Shown piece by piece: positions 1 to 7,857 of a stretch of DNA of 64,000 nucleotides; within the stretch, counting starts at the first letter, position 1, and every line of letters begins with the position of its first letter. Location of the stretch: contig NZ_JBOEFX010000031.1 of NCBI RefSeq assembly GCF_050633125.1, forward strand, positions 13,717-77,716, in the 5' to 3' direction. The notes beneath the pieces are model-generated. The model saw nothing but the letters and a program-made list of their open reading frames with translations, was not told the origin of the DNA and made no database searches. This DNA is from Lewinella sp. Lineage in GTDB: Bacteria; Bacteroidota; Bacteroidia; Chitinophagales; Saprospiraceae. The translations under genes were made by a program, and so were the position numbers.

Positions 1-1526
1 TATGCAGTAGCTTCTACAGTATAAGTACCTACACCAATAGACCAAGGGTCAGTGCCATTTGGGTAATCATACGGAGCCACATTCTCTGTTGCCGTACCAC
101 TATCACCACCACTGACATTAAAAACAACACTACCTATCGTCCCCGAAGTAAGGGCTGTGAGTCGAAAAGAAGAAGGAAGATCATCAACATTTAAAACAGC
201 TCCATTGGTCAAGGTAACATCACTACCACTGCTAATTGCATCCAATACAAACCCGGTAATATCACCTGAACTATCATCACTGATGGTAAAATCAAAAGGT
301 CCAGTATTACAAGTACCATTACTGTTTTGGATATAAATATAATGGCTGCCTACACTTAGGTCAGTAAAGGTACTACTTGCTTGCCAGGCACCGCCATCGA
401 TCCCGTACAGATAACTACCCGTTCCTCCGTCAGCAGTCACAGTCACAGATGCACCAACACCACACACGGCATCAGTGGTAGAAAGGGAAGCAGTGAGCTC
501 ACAAGCCTGTTCGCAAGTGTACTCCAAGAAAGGTTGCAAATTGGGGTTATCAGGAATATAGGTCACCAATCGCTCATGAGCACCTGTCAGATTGGAAGAA
601 GTAACGGCAGCAATTGCACTCGAACAAAGGGTATTACAATTATCAATAGTTCCTGTAATGTACCATATAGCTTGGCTAATCGTCGTATAGTTATACCCAA
701 GGCTTTCGCCATTACAAAAGATCCAGTTAATACGTTCTCCTTGCAGGGCTGTATAACCTGCATTGGTAGCTCCTTCTATTCTGGTGAAAGTTACTTCCCC
801 ATACTGATAACCCATACCAGGAGTTGGCTCCGTCAGGTTAAAATCGGCACAAAACACGCGTACTGAAGTTCCAATATTACAGTTGTCATCTACATAAGAA
901 ATACAGCCTTGGTAATCGTCATCGGTATAGATATAGGTATTAGACGACACCTCCGAGAGATTAATAGTAATCGTTTGGTTATCACAGTTGGTGTAATTAA
1001 CGGTACCACTACCACAGTTCCCTGTACCACCTCCTCCGCTACAGGAAATACTGCCAAAATCAAAATTACCATTACACCAAAGCCATTCTGTATCACCACA
1101 GCCCGTTCGTGTAGCACTTGTTTCTGTTTGATAAATGGTTCCGTCTACTTCGATATAATTAACATAAACGTTCTTGTCACAGCCACCGCTCGTTGTGCCA
1201 TCATTTGTGAATGCCACTTGTATCTGCTGACCATTATTAAAACCTGTATAGGAGTAGCTCGTCTCTGTGGTCGTGAGCGTAAAAGTCTGCACAGTGGTTC
1301 CATCTACGATCAATTGCATTGATTCTGATCCACAGTTTCCTCTTGCCCGAATGGTAATAGTACAACTGACACTTGTTACACTATTTCTTTCAAAAGAAAT
1401 ATTATCTGGTTCTAAACCAGTACGCTCTATAATATTCCCACTACTTATCTTTCCATTCAGTGTGAATACTGACAGAAGTAGTATAGAAAAGCACAGCGTT
1501 TTAACAATTGAGTAGCAATGACTCAT
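1..1526 (-). CDS. Secreted multidomain adhesin-like protein, N-terminal ~508 aa only (gene runs off the left window edge); absent from supplied ORF track
   Basis: I read the minus strand by hand: ATG at 1526-1524, then an open frame down to position 1. The N-terminus MSHCYSIVKTLCFSILLLSVFTLNG is signal-like. It is followed by a CBM-like beta-sandwich segment (MQLIVDGTTVQTF..VAFTNDG..NVYVNYIEVDG), a thioester-domain-like segment (VFCADF .. ISQAIWYITG), and an SprB/Ig-like repeat (ADGGTGSYLYGIDGG). The plus-strand ORFs 381-866, 909-1322 and 1267-1515 are antisense artefacts. Confidence 0.7.
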   Translation of the reverse strand, partial: MSHCYSIVKTLCFSILLLSVFTLNGKISSGNIIERTGLEPDNISFERNSVTSVSCTITIRARGNCGSESMQLIVDGTTVQTFTLTTTETSYSYTGFNNGQQIQVAFTNDGTTSGGCDKNVYVNYIEVDGTIYQTETSATRTGCGDTEWLWCNGNFDFGSISCSGGGGTGNCGSGTVNYTNCDNQTITINLSEVSSNTYIYTDDDYQGCISYVDDNCNIGTSVRVFCADFNLTEPTPGMGYQYGEVTFTRIEGATNAGYTALQGERINWIFCNGESLGYNYTTISQAIWYITGTIDNCNTLCSSAIAAVTSSNLTGAHERLVTYIPDNPNLQPFLEYTCEQACELTASLSTTDAVCGVGASVTVTADGGTGSYLYGIDGGAWQASSTFTDLSVGSHYIYIQNSNGTCNTGPFDFTISDDSSGDITGFVLDAISSGSDVTLTNGAVLNVDDLPSSFRLTALTSGTIGSVVFNVSGGDSGTATENVAPYDYPNGTDPWSIGVGTYTVEATA

Positions 1527-2171
1527 ATACAAAGTGTTGTTTGTGTTTGTGGGTCGTCTTCTAGACAAAGCATCAGAACATAGCAGTAGCTTTTGTCCGT
1601 TAATGCCTTGACAAAAAATCAAAAAACAGGTAGTAGATTAACCGGCTATCCGAAGATTTCCTTTTCAAAAAGCTCTCTGAAAATGGGTGCCATTTTCAAT
1701 TATAAACGAGGGGGAATTGTCAACAGTAATTGTTTACGTAAATTCACTAAAGAAAGATGCGTAAACAAGTAACCGTTTGAAGGGGGAAGGAACTTAATTC
1801 TGTGTGATATGAATCGTAATTAACACAAAAATAGACCAAAACAAAGATGCCTCAATCTACTGCTTGTAGATAAAATAAAAAAATGTGACATAAAAAAATG
1901 CGTACAAACCTAAGTTTATTCAATAATCTCGCTCTTGCTATTCAGAACAAAAAGTACACTTTTTAAACTTTCATCACCCTAAAACATACACTTACTCCAA
2001 ATAACCTAATAAATAAAACGAATTAACATACTTTTATTTTAATACTATAAAGTGACAAAAATTACATTCTCAAAATGATCTTATTCTGCAAAAAAGACCT
2101 AATAAGGGTATCTTTTCGTGCAAAAAATCACTTACAGAATACTTTCACCATACCCTGAACGACTTAATTTT

Positions 2172-2930
2172 ATGAAGATTTTATTAATTGAAGATGAATT
2201 CCCTGCTTATAAGCGCTTACAAAAGCTGCTAAAATTTCAGCTTCCTGATGCCCACATCAGTGAACAGATTGAGAGTGTATCAGGCGCTTTGAAATACCTT
2301 TTAAACAACCCTGCCCCAGCCCTTATTTTCATGGATATTCAACTTGCTGATGGCTTAAGTTTTTCCATTTTCGAGCAATCCGAAATTCAAAGTCCGGTGA
2401 TCTTTACTACGGCTTTTGATCAATATGCACTGAAAGCATTTAAAGTACATAGTATTGATTATTTGCTAAAGCCAATTGAAGAGGATGCTCTCGCAGAAGC
2501 CATAAATAAGTATAAAAAATACTACCAAACAAAGAACCAACTGCCGGCGCAAGCGCTCCAACAGTTGGTTCAACAAATGCAGCGCCCGGCCTACCGGGAA
2601 CGCTTTTTAGTTAAGATCGGCAATTCCTTGAGCTACCTCAGCATCAACGATATTGCCTATTTCTATTCTGATCAAAGCCTCGTTTTTGCTAAAAAAAGCA
2701 ATGGTAAACAGCACCATTTAGATACTACGCTAGATCAGCTAGAAAAAGAACTCGATCCTGCTCACTTCTTCAGGATTAGTCGAAAAATCATTGTTCATTT
2801 AGATGCAATCAGAAAAATAGATCCCTACTTCAATGGACGGCTTCTTCTATCGCTATTCCCTGAAACGGATTTACAAGCAACCGTAAGCAGAGACAGAGTC
2901 AATGATTTCAAGGCCTGGCTGGATCGGTAA
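2172..2930 (+). CDS. LytTR/AlgR-family two-component response regulator
   Basis: MKILLIEDE receiver start, with the phospho-acceptor context LIFMDIQLADG. The C-terminal LytTR DNA-binding domain carries FFRISRKIIVHLDAI. I prefer the ATG at 2172 to the GTG at 2118 used by the track. There is no adjacent histidine kinase. Confidence 0.85.
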   Translation: MKILLIEDEFPAYKRLQKLLKFQLPDAHISEQIESVSGALKYLLNNPAPALIFMDIQLADGLSFSIFEQSEIQSPVIFTTAFDQYALKAFKVHSIDYLLKPIEEDALAEAINKYKKYYQTKNQLPAQALQQLVQQMQRPAYRERFLVKIGNSLSYLSINDIAYFYSDQSLVFAKKSNGKQHHLDTTLDQLEKELDPAHFFRISRKIIVHLDAIRKIDPYFNGRLLLSLFPETDLQATVSRDRVNDFKAWLDR

Positions 2931-2933
2931 AAT

Positions 2934-3050
2934 GATTCTCTGGCATTTTTTGTGTCTAGAGTCAATCGAAAACAAAAATCACGCTCCTTAATCAGTCGTT
3001 TACGACTTTTGCTTTAGTTTGACCACAAAAAATGTCCGAGAAGGTATTAG
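2934..3050. repeat. Palindromic MITE/REP-like element, copy 1 (family also at 25238..25350; half copy at 32029..32078)
   Basis: About 117 nt with terminal inverted repeats TTCTCTGGCATTTTTTGTG / CACAAAAAATGTCCGAGAA. It is near-identical by eye to 25238..25350. It fills the gap between the convergent stop codons at 2928-2930 and 3047-3049. Confidence 0.8.
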
Positions 3051-5224
3051 TTATCCTTGCGGTTGATACTGATACTAGAACCATCTCCAAAAGGAACGCC
3101 CGTTTGAGATTCGTACAGTTCGATATAGCGCTGGCGCACATCATCTGACTGCGTTTTGCCATTGACTTTAAGCCGCTTATCCGATAGCTTAAAAGTGAAG
3201 TTCTTCGCATCATCAATCAAACCATCTCTAACTAATTGACGGCTCAGCCAATCTTCATCATTATCGTGATAACGAAGGCCGCGTATCCGTACCTCTCTTT
3301 CCATTTCGGCACGGCGTCCTTCCATTTCGGCACGACGCTCCTCCATTTCCACGCGGCGTTCTACCATTCTTTCGCTTCTTTCTACTTCTCTTTCGATACG
3401 CTCTTCGTCGATGACAATTCGTAACTCCTCTGCCGACTCCCGCCATTCTTCAATAGCTCGTAGTGCATCTTCTGACACCTCCTCGTCTAGTTCCGATAAA
3501 CGCGCGCGCAATTCCTCCAAACGTTCGTCATCATCAATGTCAATTTTAAAAACATTCATTGATTCAATATCATCGGAATCAATATCAATTAAGTCGTCTT
3601 CGCCTGAACCACGAATGAAGATATGGTCTTCTCCATCTTTGGTTTTAATCTTAATAAGCCCCATTTGGTTGTCTGGTGCAACTCTGAAAATGTGGTCTTC
3701 ATCATTGTCTTCTTCTATCCAAATATGGTGAGCACCACCCTCTTCATCGCCATCTTCTACCCAAATATGGTGAGCGCCATCCTCTTCGTCTGTCTCAATA
3801 ACAATGATTTCTGTTGTTCCGTCAGCGTTATGAATTCGTTGCACTTCTTTTTTCTTAATAATCACCCTTGGCGCTGGGGGTGCCGGAGGAGCGGGAGGTG
3901 CAGGTACAGCACCCGGTGCAGGCGGTGGCGGTGGGGGAGCTGGTGCAGGCGGTGGTGGCGGCGGTGGCGGTGGCGGAATGCTCGCCATCTTTTCTTCCAC
4001 CATACTTTCGTACTTAGGGAAATCTGCTTCAGGAATGACCTCGCCATTTATTTTCAGGCTGCGGATTTTTCCGTTCTTAACGGTTACATCCATGGTTTCT
4101 CCATCATCATCAATTTCCATACGAACATTCCCTTGCGGCAATGTATCGATCATAACGATAGCTGGATGTTCATCACTAGTAATAATAGTCTCTACGGGCC
4201 ATGACCAGCCTGCTGTAAGGGACACTAGGAAGGCCAGTGATAAAAGAACACTGGTTACTGCAAATTTTTCTCTCATGTCGGGTTGTTTAACGGGTTGATT
4301 TAATATTCTTTGGATACGATTTAAAAGCTGGCGTTTGTTTCCGCCCAATAAACCAAGGGCAAATTGGGTAGGGAGTTGGCGCTGATGCTCAGCTACCGCC
4401 AGTAGTGTTTTTGCGTAGGTTAGCGAATTACCGGTATAGCGAATGGCTAGGTCATCACAACATTGTTCACGCAACATGCGGATCTCGGTACCCAACCACC
4501 AAATTGCCGGATGATAGTAAAAAACAGCCTCCAGAAACAGTTGAATCGAATTGAGTAGATAATCATAGCGCTGAAGGTGAGCCAATTCATGTGCCAGGAT
4601 CGCTTCAACTTCCTTCAGCGATAATTGATTAACCAATGCGACTGGTAGTAAAACCAGTGGTTTCAGCTGGCCTATAAGCAATGGCCCTGACACCAACTCA
4701 GACAACCTGAGTTCTACCTTACGATGAATTTTCATCTTATTTTTCAACACCTGAAAACGATCTTCCCATGCCGTAGGCACCGGTAAATGATGACTTTGCC
4801 GTAAACTGTTCCACCAATAATAACTGACGGACAGGCGTAACAAAAAGAAAATCATGCCTACCCACCACACCACTACGATCAATGGCAGACTAGGTGCAAT
4901 AAAACTTTCCAGCTCCATCCACCAGCTGGTTGAGCTTGCAAGCGCTGGTGACGTCGGCAACAATGGCAATGCTTCTGTCAGCCCTTGGGTAGCAGGCAAA
5001 CTAACCGGCAGTAAATAGTAAAAAGTACCAATTGCAACAACCAACTGAGCCAGCAGAGCCGTATAAGCCACATAGTACCGTTTCTTGGCAGTCCACTTGG
5101 CTCCCAACTGCAACAGGATTTTCACAATCAGCGCCAGCAAAACCCCTTGCCATAAACTGTGAAGCACTGTCCACCCCAGGGTTTCTGCAATGGGAGAGTC
5201 GAGGAATAAGGAAACCATTTTCAT
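3047..5224 (-). CDS. BlaR1/MecR1-type M56 peptidase signal transducer with an atypical long C-terminal region
   Basis: Multi-TM N-terminus. The zinc motif AHELAHLQRYDY lies at nt 4577-4594. A further TM segment is followed by about 380 aa containing a poly-Pro tract, acidic GAHHIW/DHIF repeats and an ERRxEME coiled-coil-like repeat. The start ATG overlaps the blaI stop (ATGA at 5221-5224). Confidence 0.85.
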   Translation of the reverse strand: MKMVSLFLDSPIAETLGWTVLHSLWQGVLLALIVKILLQLGAKWTAKKRYYVAYTALLAQLVVAIGTFYYLLPVSLPATQGLTEALPLLPTSPALASSTSWWMELESFIAPSLPLIVVVWWVGMIFFLLRLSVSYYWWNSLRQSHHLPVPTAWEDRFQVLKNKMKIHRKVELRLSELVSGPLLIGQLKPLVLLPVALVNQLSLKEVEAILAHELAHLQRYDYLLNSIQLFLEAVFYYHPAIWWLGTEIRMLREQCCDDLAIRYTGNSLTYAKTLLAVAEHQRQLPTQFALGLLGGNKRQLLNRIQRILNQPVKQPDMREKFAVTSVLLSLAFLVSLTAGWSWPVETIITSDEHPAIVMIDTLPQGNVRMEIDDDGETMDVTVKNGKIRSLKINGEVIPEADFPKYESMVEEKMASIPPPPPPPPPPAPAPPPPPPAPGAVPAPPAPPAPPAPRVIIKKKEVQRIHNADGTTEIIVIETDEEDGAHHIWVEDGDEEGGAHHIWIEEDNDEDHIFRVAPDNQMGLIKIKTKDGEDHIFIRGSGEDDLIDIDSDDIESMNVFKIDIDDDERLEELRARLSELDEEVSEDALRAIEEWRESAEELRIVIDEERIEREVERSERMVERRVEMEERRAEMEGRRAEMEREVRIRGLRYHDNDEDWLSRQLVRDGLIDDAKNFTFKLSDKRLKVNGKTQSDDVRQRYIELYESQTGVPFGDGSSISINRKDN

Positions 5225-5610
5225 ACATCCTTGTTTTTATCGTTCTCCATACGGTTGATCAGTGCCTTTATTTCAGCCAATTCATCACCTGATGCCTGGT
5301 GTTGCCCCAAGGCTTCCATCACCAACTGGGCAGCTGAACCACGGAACGTCTTGCTTACAAATTGCTTGAGAAGACCGCGTTTTATCGATTGTTCTTCTAC
5401 TGCTGCCGCATAAATATGCGTACGGCTACTGGTATCTCGCTGCAACAAACCTTTTTCCACCATAAGCTGCATCAGCTTTAGTGTGGTCGTATAACCAATC
5501 TCTTTGTGAGCAGAAAGATTTAACAATTCATTGATGCTGCGAACAGTAGCGGGACCATTTGCCCATAGCACCTGCAAAATTTCTAGTTCGCCTTCAGTAG
5601 GTTTATTCAT
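5221..5610 (-). CDS. BlaI/MecI/CopY-family winged-helix transcriptional repressor
   Basis: MNKPTEGELEILQVLWANGPATVRSI..GYTTTLKLMQLMVEKGLL is the typical Penicillinase_R fold. It is translationally coupled to the M56 gene. I prefer the ATG at 5610 to the TTG at 5628. Confidence 0.85.
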   Translation of the reverse strand: MNKPTEGELEILQVLWANGPATVRSINELLNLSAHKEIGYTTTLKLMQLMVEKGLLQRDTSSRTHIYAAAVEEQSIKRGLLKQFVSKTFRGSAAQLVMEALGQHQASGDELAEIKALINRMENDKNKDV

Positions 5611-5633
5611 ATTCCTTTTATTGCGCAAAAAAC

Positions 5634-5659
5634 CAGGGCAAATTCATGAATTTGCCCTG
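5634..5659 (-). promoter_or_regulatory. Perfect 26-nt palindrome followed by a T-run on the minus strand, in the blaI leader
   Basis: CAGGGCAAATTCATGAATTTGCCCTG is self-complementary. On the minus strand it is followed by TTTTTT (5628-5633), about 18 nt before the blaI ATG. Its core CAAATTCATGAATTTGCC recurs at 6883-6901. Confidence 0.5.
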
Positions 5660-5715
5660 ATGGTTAACAACAGCAAGTGATTTCAAAAAACTACGGGGTT
5701 ATCCCGCAGCAACAG

Positions 5716-5791
5716 TCTACGAAATAATTCGTACTGCAATGATATACGAAACATTTCGTAAAAGCAAATTATCTACGAAATAATTCGTACT
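5716..5791. promoter_or_regulatory. Three palindromic operator-like sites TACGAA-N4-TTCGTA (5718-5733, 5745-5760, 5774-5789)
   Basis: Sites 1 and 3 sit in identical 20-mers (TCTACGAAATAATTCGTACT). Site 2 is TACGAAACATTTCGTA. Centre-to-centre spacing is 27 and 29 bp. They lie in the divergent region between blaI (minus strand) and the lipoprotein gene at 5896 (plus strand). Confidence 0.6.
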
Positions 5792-5895
5792 AAAATAGTT
5801 GCATATTCTTAACCTGCTCTAATTTGTAAAAGAAGTAAACCACGATATAACAGCCGGAATTCTTTACCTTTACTGCTCAATCAAACGCTTACGCT

Positions 5896-6864
5896 ATGAT
5901 CCGTGGCCACTTATCCCCTATGGTTTTGCTTATTGCTTTATTAATGATGGTTGCCTGCACCGACACTGGCACTTCGAGCAGTAGTAGTACAACCTCTACA
6001 CCAGATACCTCTACCACTACACCACCTGAAGAAGATGCGCCCCCTACCCTGAGCCCGCCTGAATGCCAGATTAGCGGAGAGGTGCTAGATGGCAACCGTG
6101 TATGGATAAAATCCCCGGACGTACTGGCTGTCATTAAAGCAGATGAAAGCACAACTACCGAAGAACTAGGCCCTAGCCACCGAATACTGGAAATATTGGA
6201 CGGCCGCAGCTGCGAACAAAAGTTCCAAACCACACTACCGGAAAATACTAGTCCTGATTTCCCCTATTACATTGCCGAGGTACAATACAACAGCGTCAGT
6301 AATATTATCGGTATCCAAGGCTTTTACAAGGTTATCGTCTGTGATTTGGAACAAGACTACAAACTCACGGAACTGAAACCGGAATTCTTTAATGAGCGCG
6401 AGTATGACGATCCACAGTCAGGCATGGTACAGCGCTTAGAGGTTTGGGAAGACTATCTTCTGGGTTATGCTCAAGATATTGGTGCTTTTGCCTTTGACCT
6501 TAGTGACCGTAATGCACCAAAAGCAGTTTTGCCTTTTGCCGAATGGCAAGACCCTGACAACAGCCGCTACCACTCTATGTTTCTGCTTCCTACCGAAGGT
6601 GGTGTACAAGCTATCTTGCCTTTTTATGATGCAGAAGAAGATAACTTCATGCTTCACCCTCTTTTTGCTGAACCACAGCGAGTTTCTGATCAGGTAACGC
6701 AAGCTGCTCGCAACAATCAGCTATTGGTATTACGCAAGCAAGACGAAAGCCGCACACCGATCGCCATCGACCTGGGGGCGCGTGATTTGGTGGATTTACC
6801 CGCCAACGTTGCTAACAAAAACACCCAGGAAATACTGAAGTGGATGCGGGCTCAGCAACAGTAA
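5896..6864 (+). CDS. Hypothetical lipoprotein (Ser/Thr-rich linker)
   Basis: Lipobox-like LLMMVAC, followed by the low-complexity linker TDTGTSSSSSTTSTPDTSTTTPPEE. I recognised no family motif. Confidence 0.6.
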   Translation: MIRGHLSPMVLLIALLMMVACTDTGTSSSSSTTSTPDTSTTTPPEEDAPPTLSPPECQISGEVLDGNRVWIKSPDVLAVIKADESTTTEELGPSHRILEILDGRSCEQKFQTTLPENTSPDFPYYIAEVQYNSVSNIIGIQGFYKVIVCDLEQDYKLTELKPEFFNEREYDDPQSGMVQRLEVWEDYLLGYAQDIGAFAFDLSDRNAPKAVLPFAEWQDPDNSRYHSMFLLPTEGGVQAILPFYDAEEDNFMLHPLFAEPQRVSDQVTQAARNNQLLVLRKQDESRTPIAIDLGARDLVDLPANVANKNTQEILKWMRAQQQ

Positions 6865-6865
6865 C

Positions 6866-6916
6866 CCACCATCGCCTACAAGACAAATTCATGAATTTGC
6901 CTTGTAGGCGATGGGT
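6866..6916. terminator. ~50-nt hairpin between convergent genes, sharing its core with the 5634..5659 palindrome
   Basis: CCATCGCCTACAAG .. CTTGTAGGCGATGG forms a stem around ACAAATTCATGAATTTGC. It lies between the stops at 6862-6864 (plus strand) and 6916-6918 (minus strand). There is no U-tract on either strand. Confidence 0.5.
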
Positions 6917-7662
6917 TAGAAATCACAACCCGCCCCAAACTCTTTCAACCAAGCCTCCTTTTTTTCGTAATCCGGCATAGCCTGTGCTACCTCGGCCCAG
7001 AAGCGGTGCGAATGGTTGAGTTCCACCAAATGCGCCAGTTCGTGAATGATGACGTAATCTACTACTTCCTGTGGCGCAAATAATAGCCGTGTACTCAAGT
7101 TAATATTCCCCGAATTGGAACAGGACCCCCAATTGCTGTGGTTGTATTTTAATTTCACGCCTTTGATTGGCCGCTGAAAATATTGCTCATTCAAGGTGTG
7201 TACGCGTTGAGTAATTTGGGGCAAATAATCGGCCCCTACCACCCTACTAAGAAGCGTACGGATAGATTTAGAAAACTGCTGCTCGTCGAGATTTTTATCA
7301 AGGCGTAGTACAATCTGGCCTTGCTTCAAACTCGCTGCGCTCGTCTTGCGGTCCTCCTTACGTAATCTCAATTCATATTGTCGATCGCCTACCCGTAACG
7401 TATCTCCATCCTGATAGTCGGCCTTTTGGTAGCGCTGAAAAAGGCCCTCTTTTTTCTCGTATTGCTTCTCCAGCCACTTCGTTAAACGTTCCCTATGGGC
7501 GGTTTCTTCACCAACGGGCAGGTTGATCGGAAACCGCATAATCACGTTATCCTTCCCCATAGATGCTCGGATGCTCCGGCGTTTTTCACGGATAATCTGC
7601 GCGGGCACTTCTATCGTTCCTATCTTAAGCTTGATCCACTCCTCTTTCATAGCACCAAACAT
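6916..7662 (-). CDS. YgjP-like (DUF45/M48-type) metal-dependent hydrolase
   Basis: C-terminal motif VIIHELAHLVELNHSHRFW. The size and layout are typical of the family. Confidence 0.8.
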   Translation of the reverse strand: MFGAMKEEWIKLKIGTIEVPAQIIREKRRSIRASMGKDNVIMRFPINLPVGEETAHRERLTKWLEKQYEKKEGLFQRYQKADYQDGDTLRVGDRQYELRLRKEDRKTSAASLKQGQIVLRLDKNLDEQQFSKSIRTLLSRVVGADYLPQITQRVHTLNEQYFQRPIKGVKLKYNHSNWGSCSNSGNINLSTRLLFAPQEVVDYVIIHELAHLVELNHSHRFWAEVAQAMPDYEKKEAWLKEFGAGCDF

Positions 7663-7763
7663 ACAAAATCCCGAACTTCACACAATCGTGAAACTCGGGA
7701 TTTCGACTAAAATGTATTTACATTGGAAAGAGGATCAGTAACTATTCTATGATCGCATTCTAC

Positions 7764-7850
7764 GGTTGGGACACATTTATGTGTCTTGACCTCAGTAGAG
7801 GTCGTCCATTGGTAGAACCATGCTTATTAGGAGTTAAAACGACCTCGGAT
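7764..7850. repeat. Small hairpin-cluster repeat (related copies at 23328..23604)
   Basis: Two hairpins: GACACAtttaTGTGTC (7770-7785) and GACCTCagtaGAGGTC (7788-7803). These are followed by ATTGGTAGAA and an inverted AACGACCTCGG. The same motifs, and the same CTACGGYTGGGACACA start, occur at 23328 onward. Confidence 0.65.
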
Positions 7851-7857
7851 GAGCACC

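Noticed and set aside
381-1515. Plus-strand track ORFs 381-866, 909-1322 and 1267-1515, and minus-strand ORF 890-1117.
   Set aside because: They have low-complexity, Cys/Thr-rich nonsense composition. A continuous minus-strand frame from 1526 to 1, with a signal peptide and recognisable domains, explains the region better.
2118-2171. The N-terminal extension of the LytTR regulator from the GTG at 2118.
   Set aside because: The receiver domain begins with the canonical MKILLIEDE at the ATG at 2172. The extension adds no recognisable sequence.
3236-4298. Several ORFs antisense to or out of frame with the BlaR1 gene (3236-3424, 3261-3446, 3411-3731, 3623-4204, 3862-4047, 3978-4298).
   Set aside because: They arise from the repetitive Pro/Glu/Arg-coding DNA of the BlaR1 C-terminal region. 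They have no start context and no motifs.
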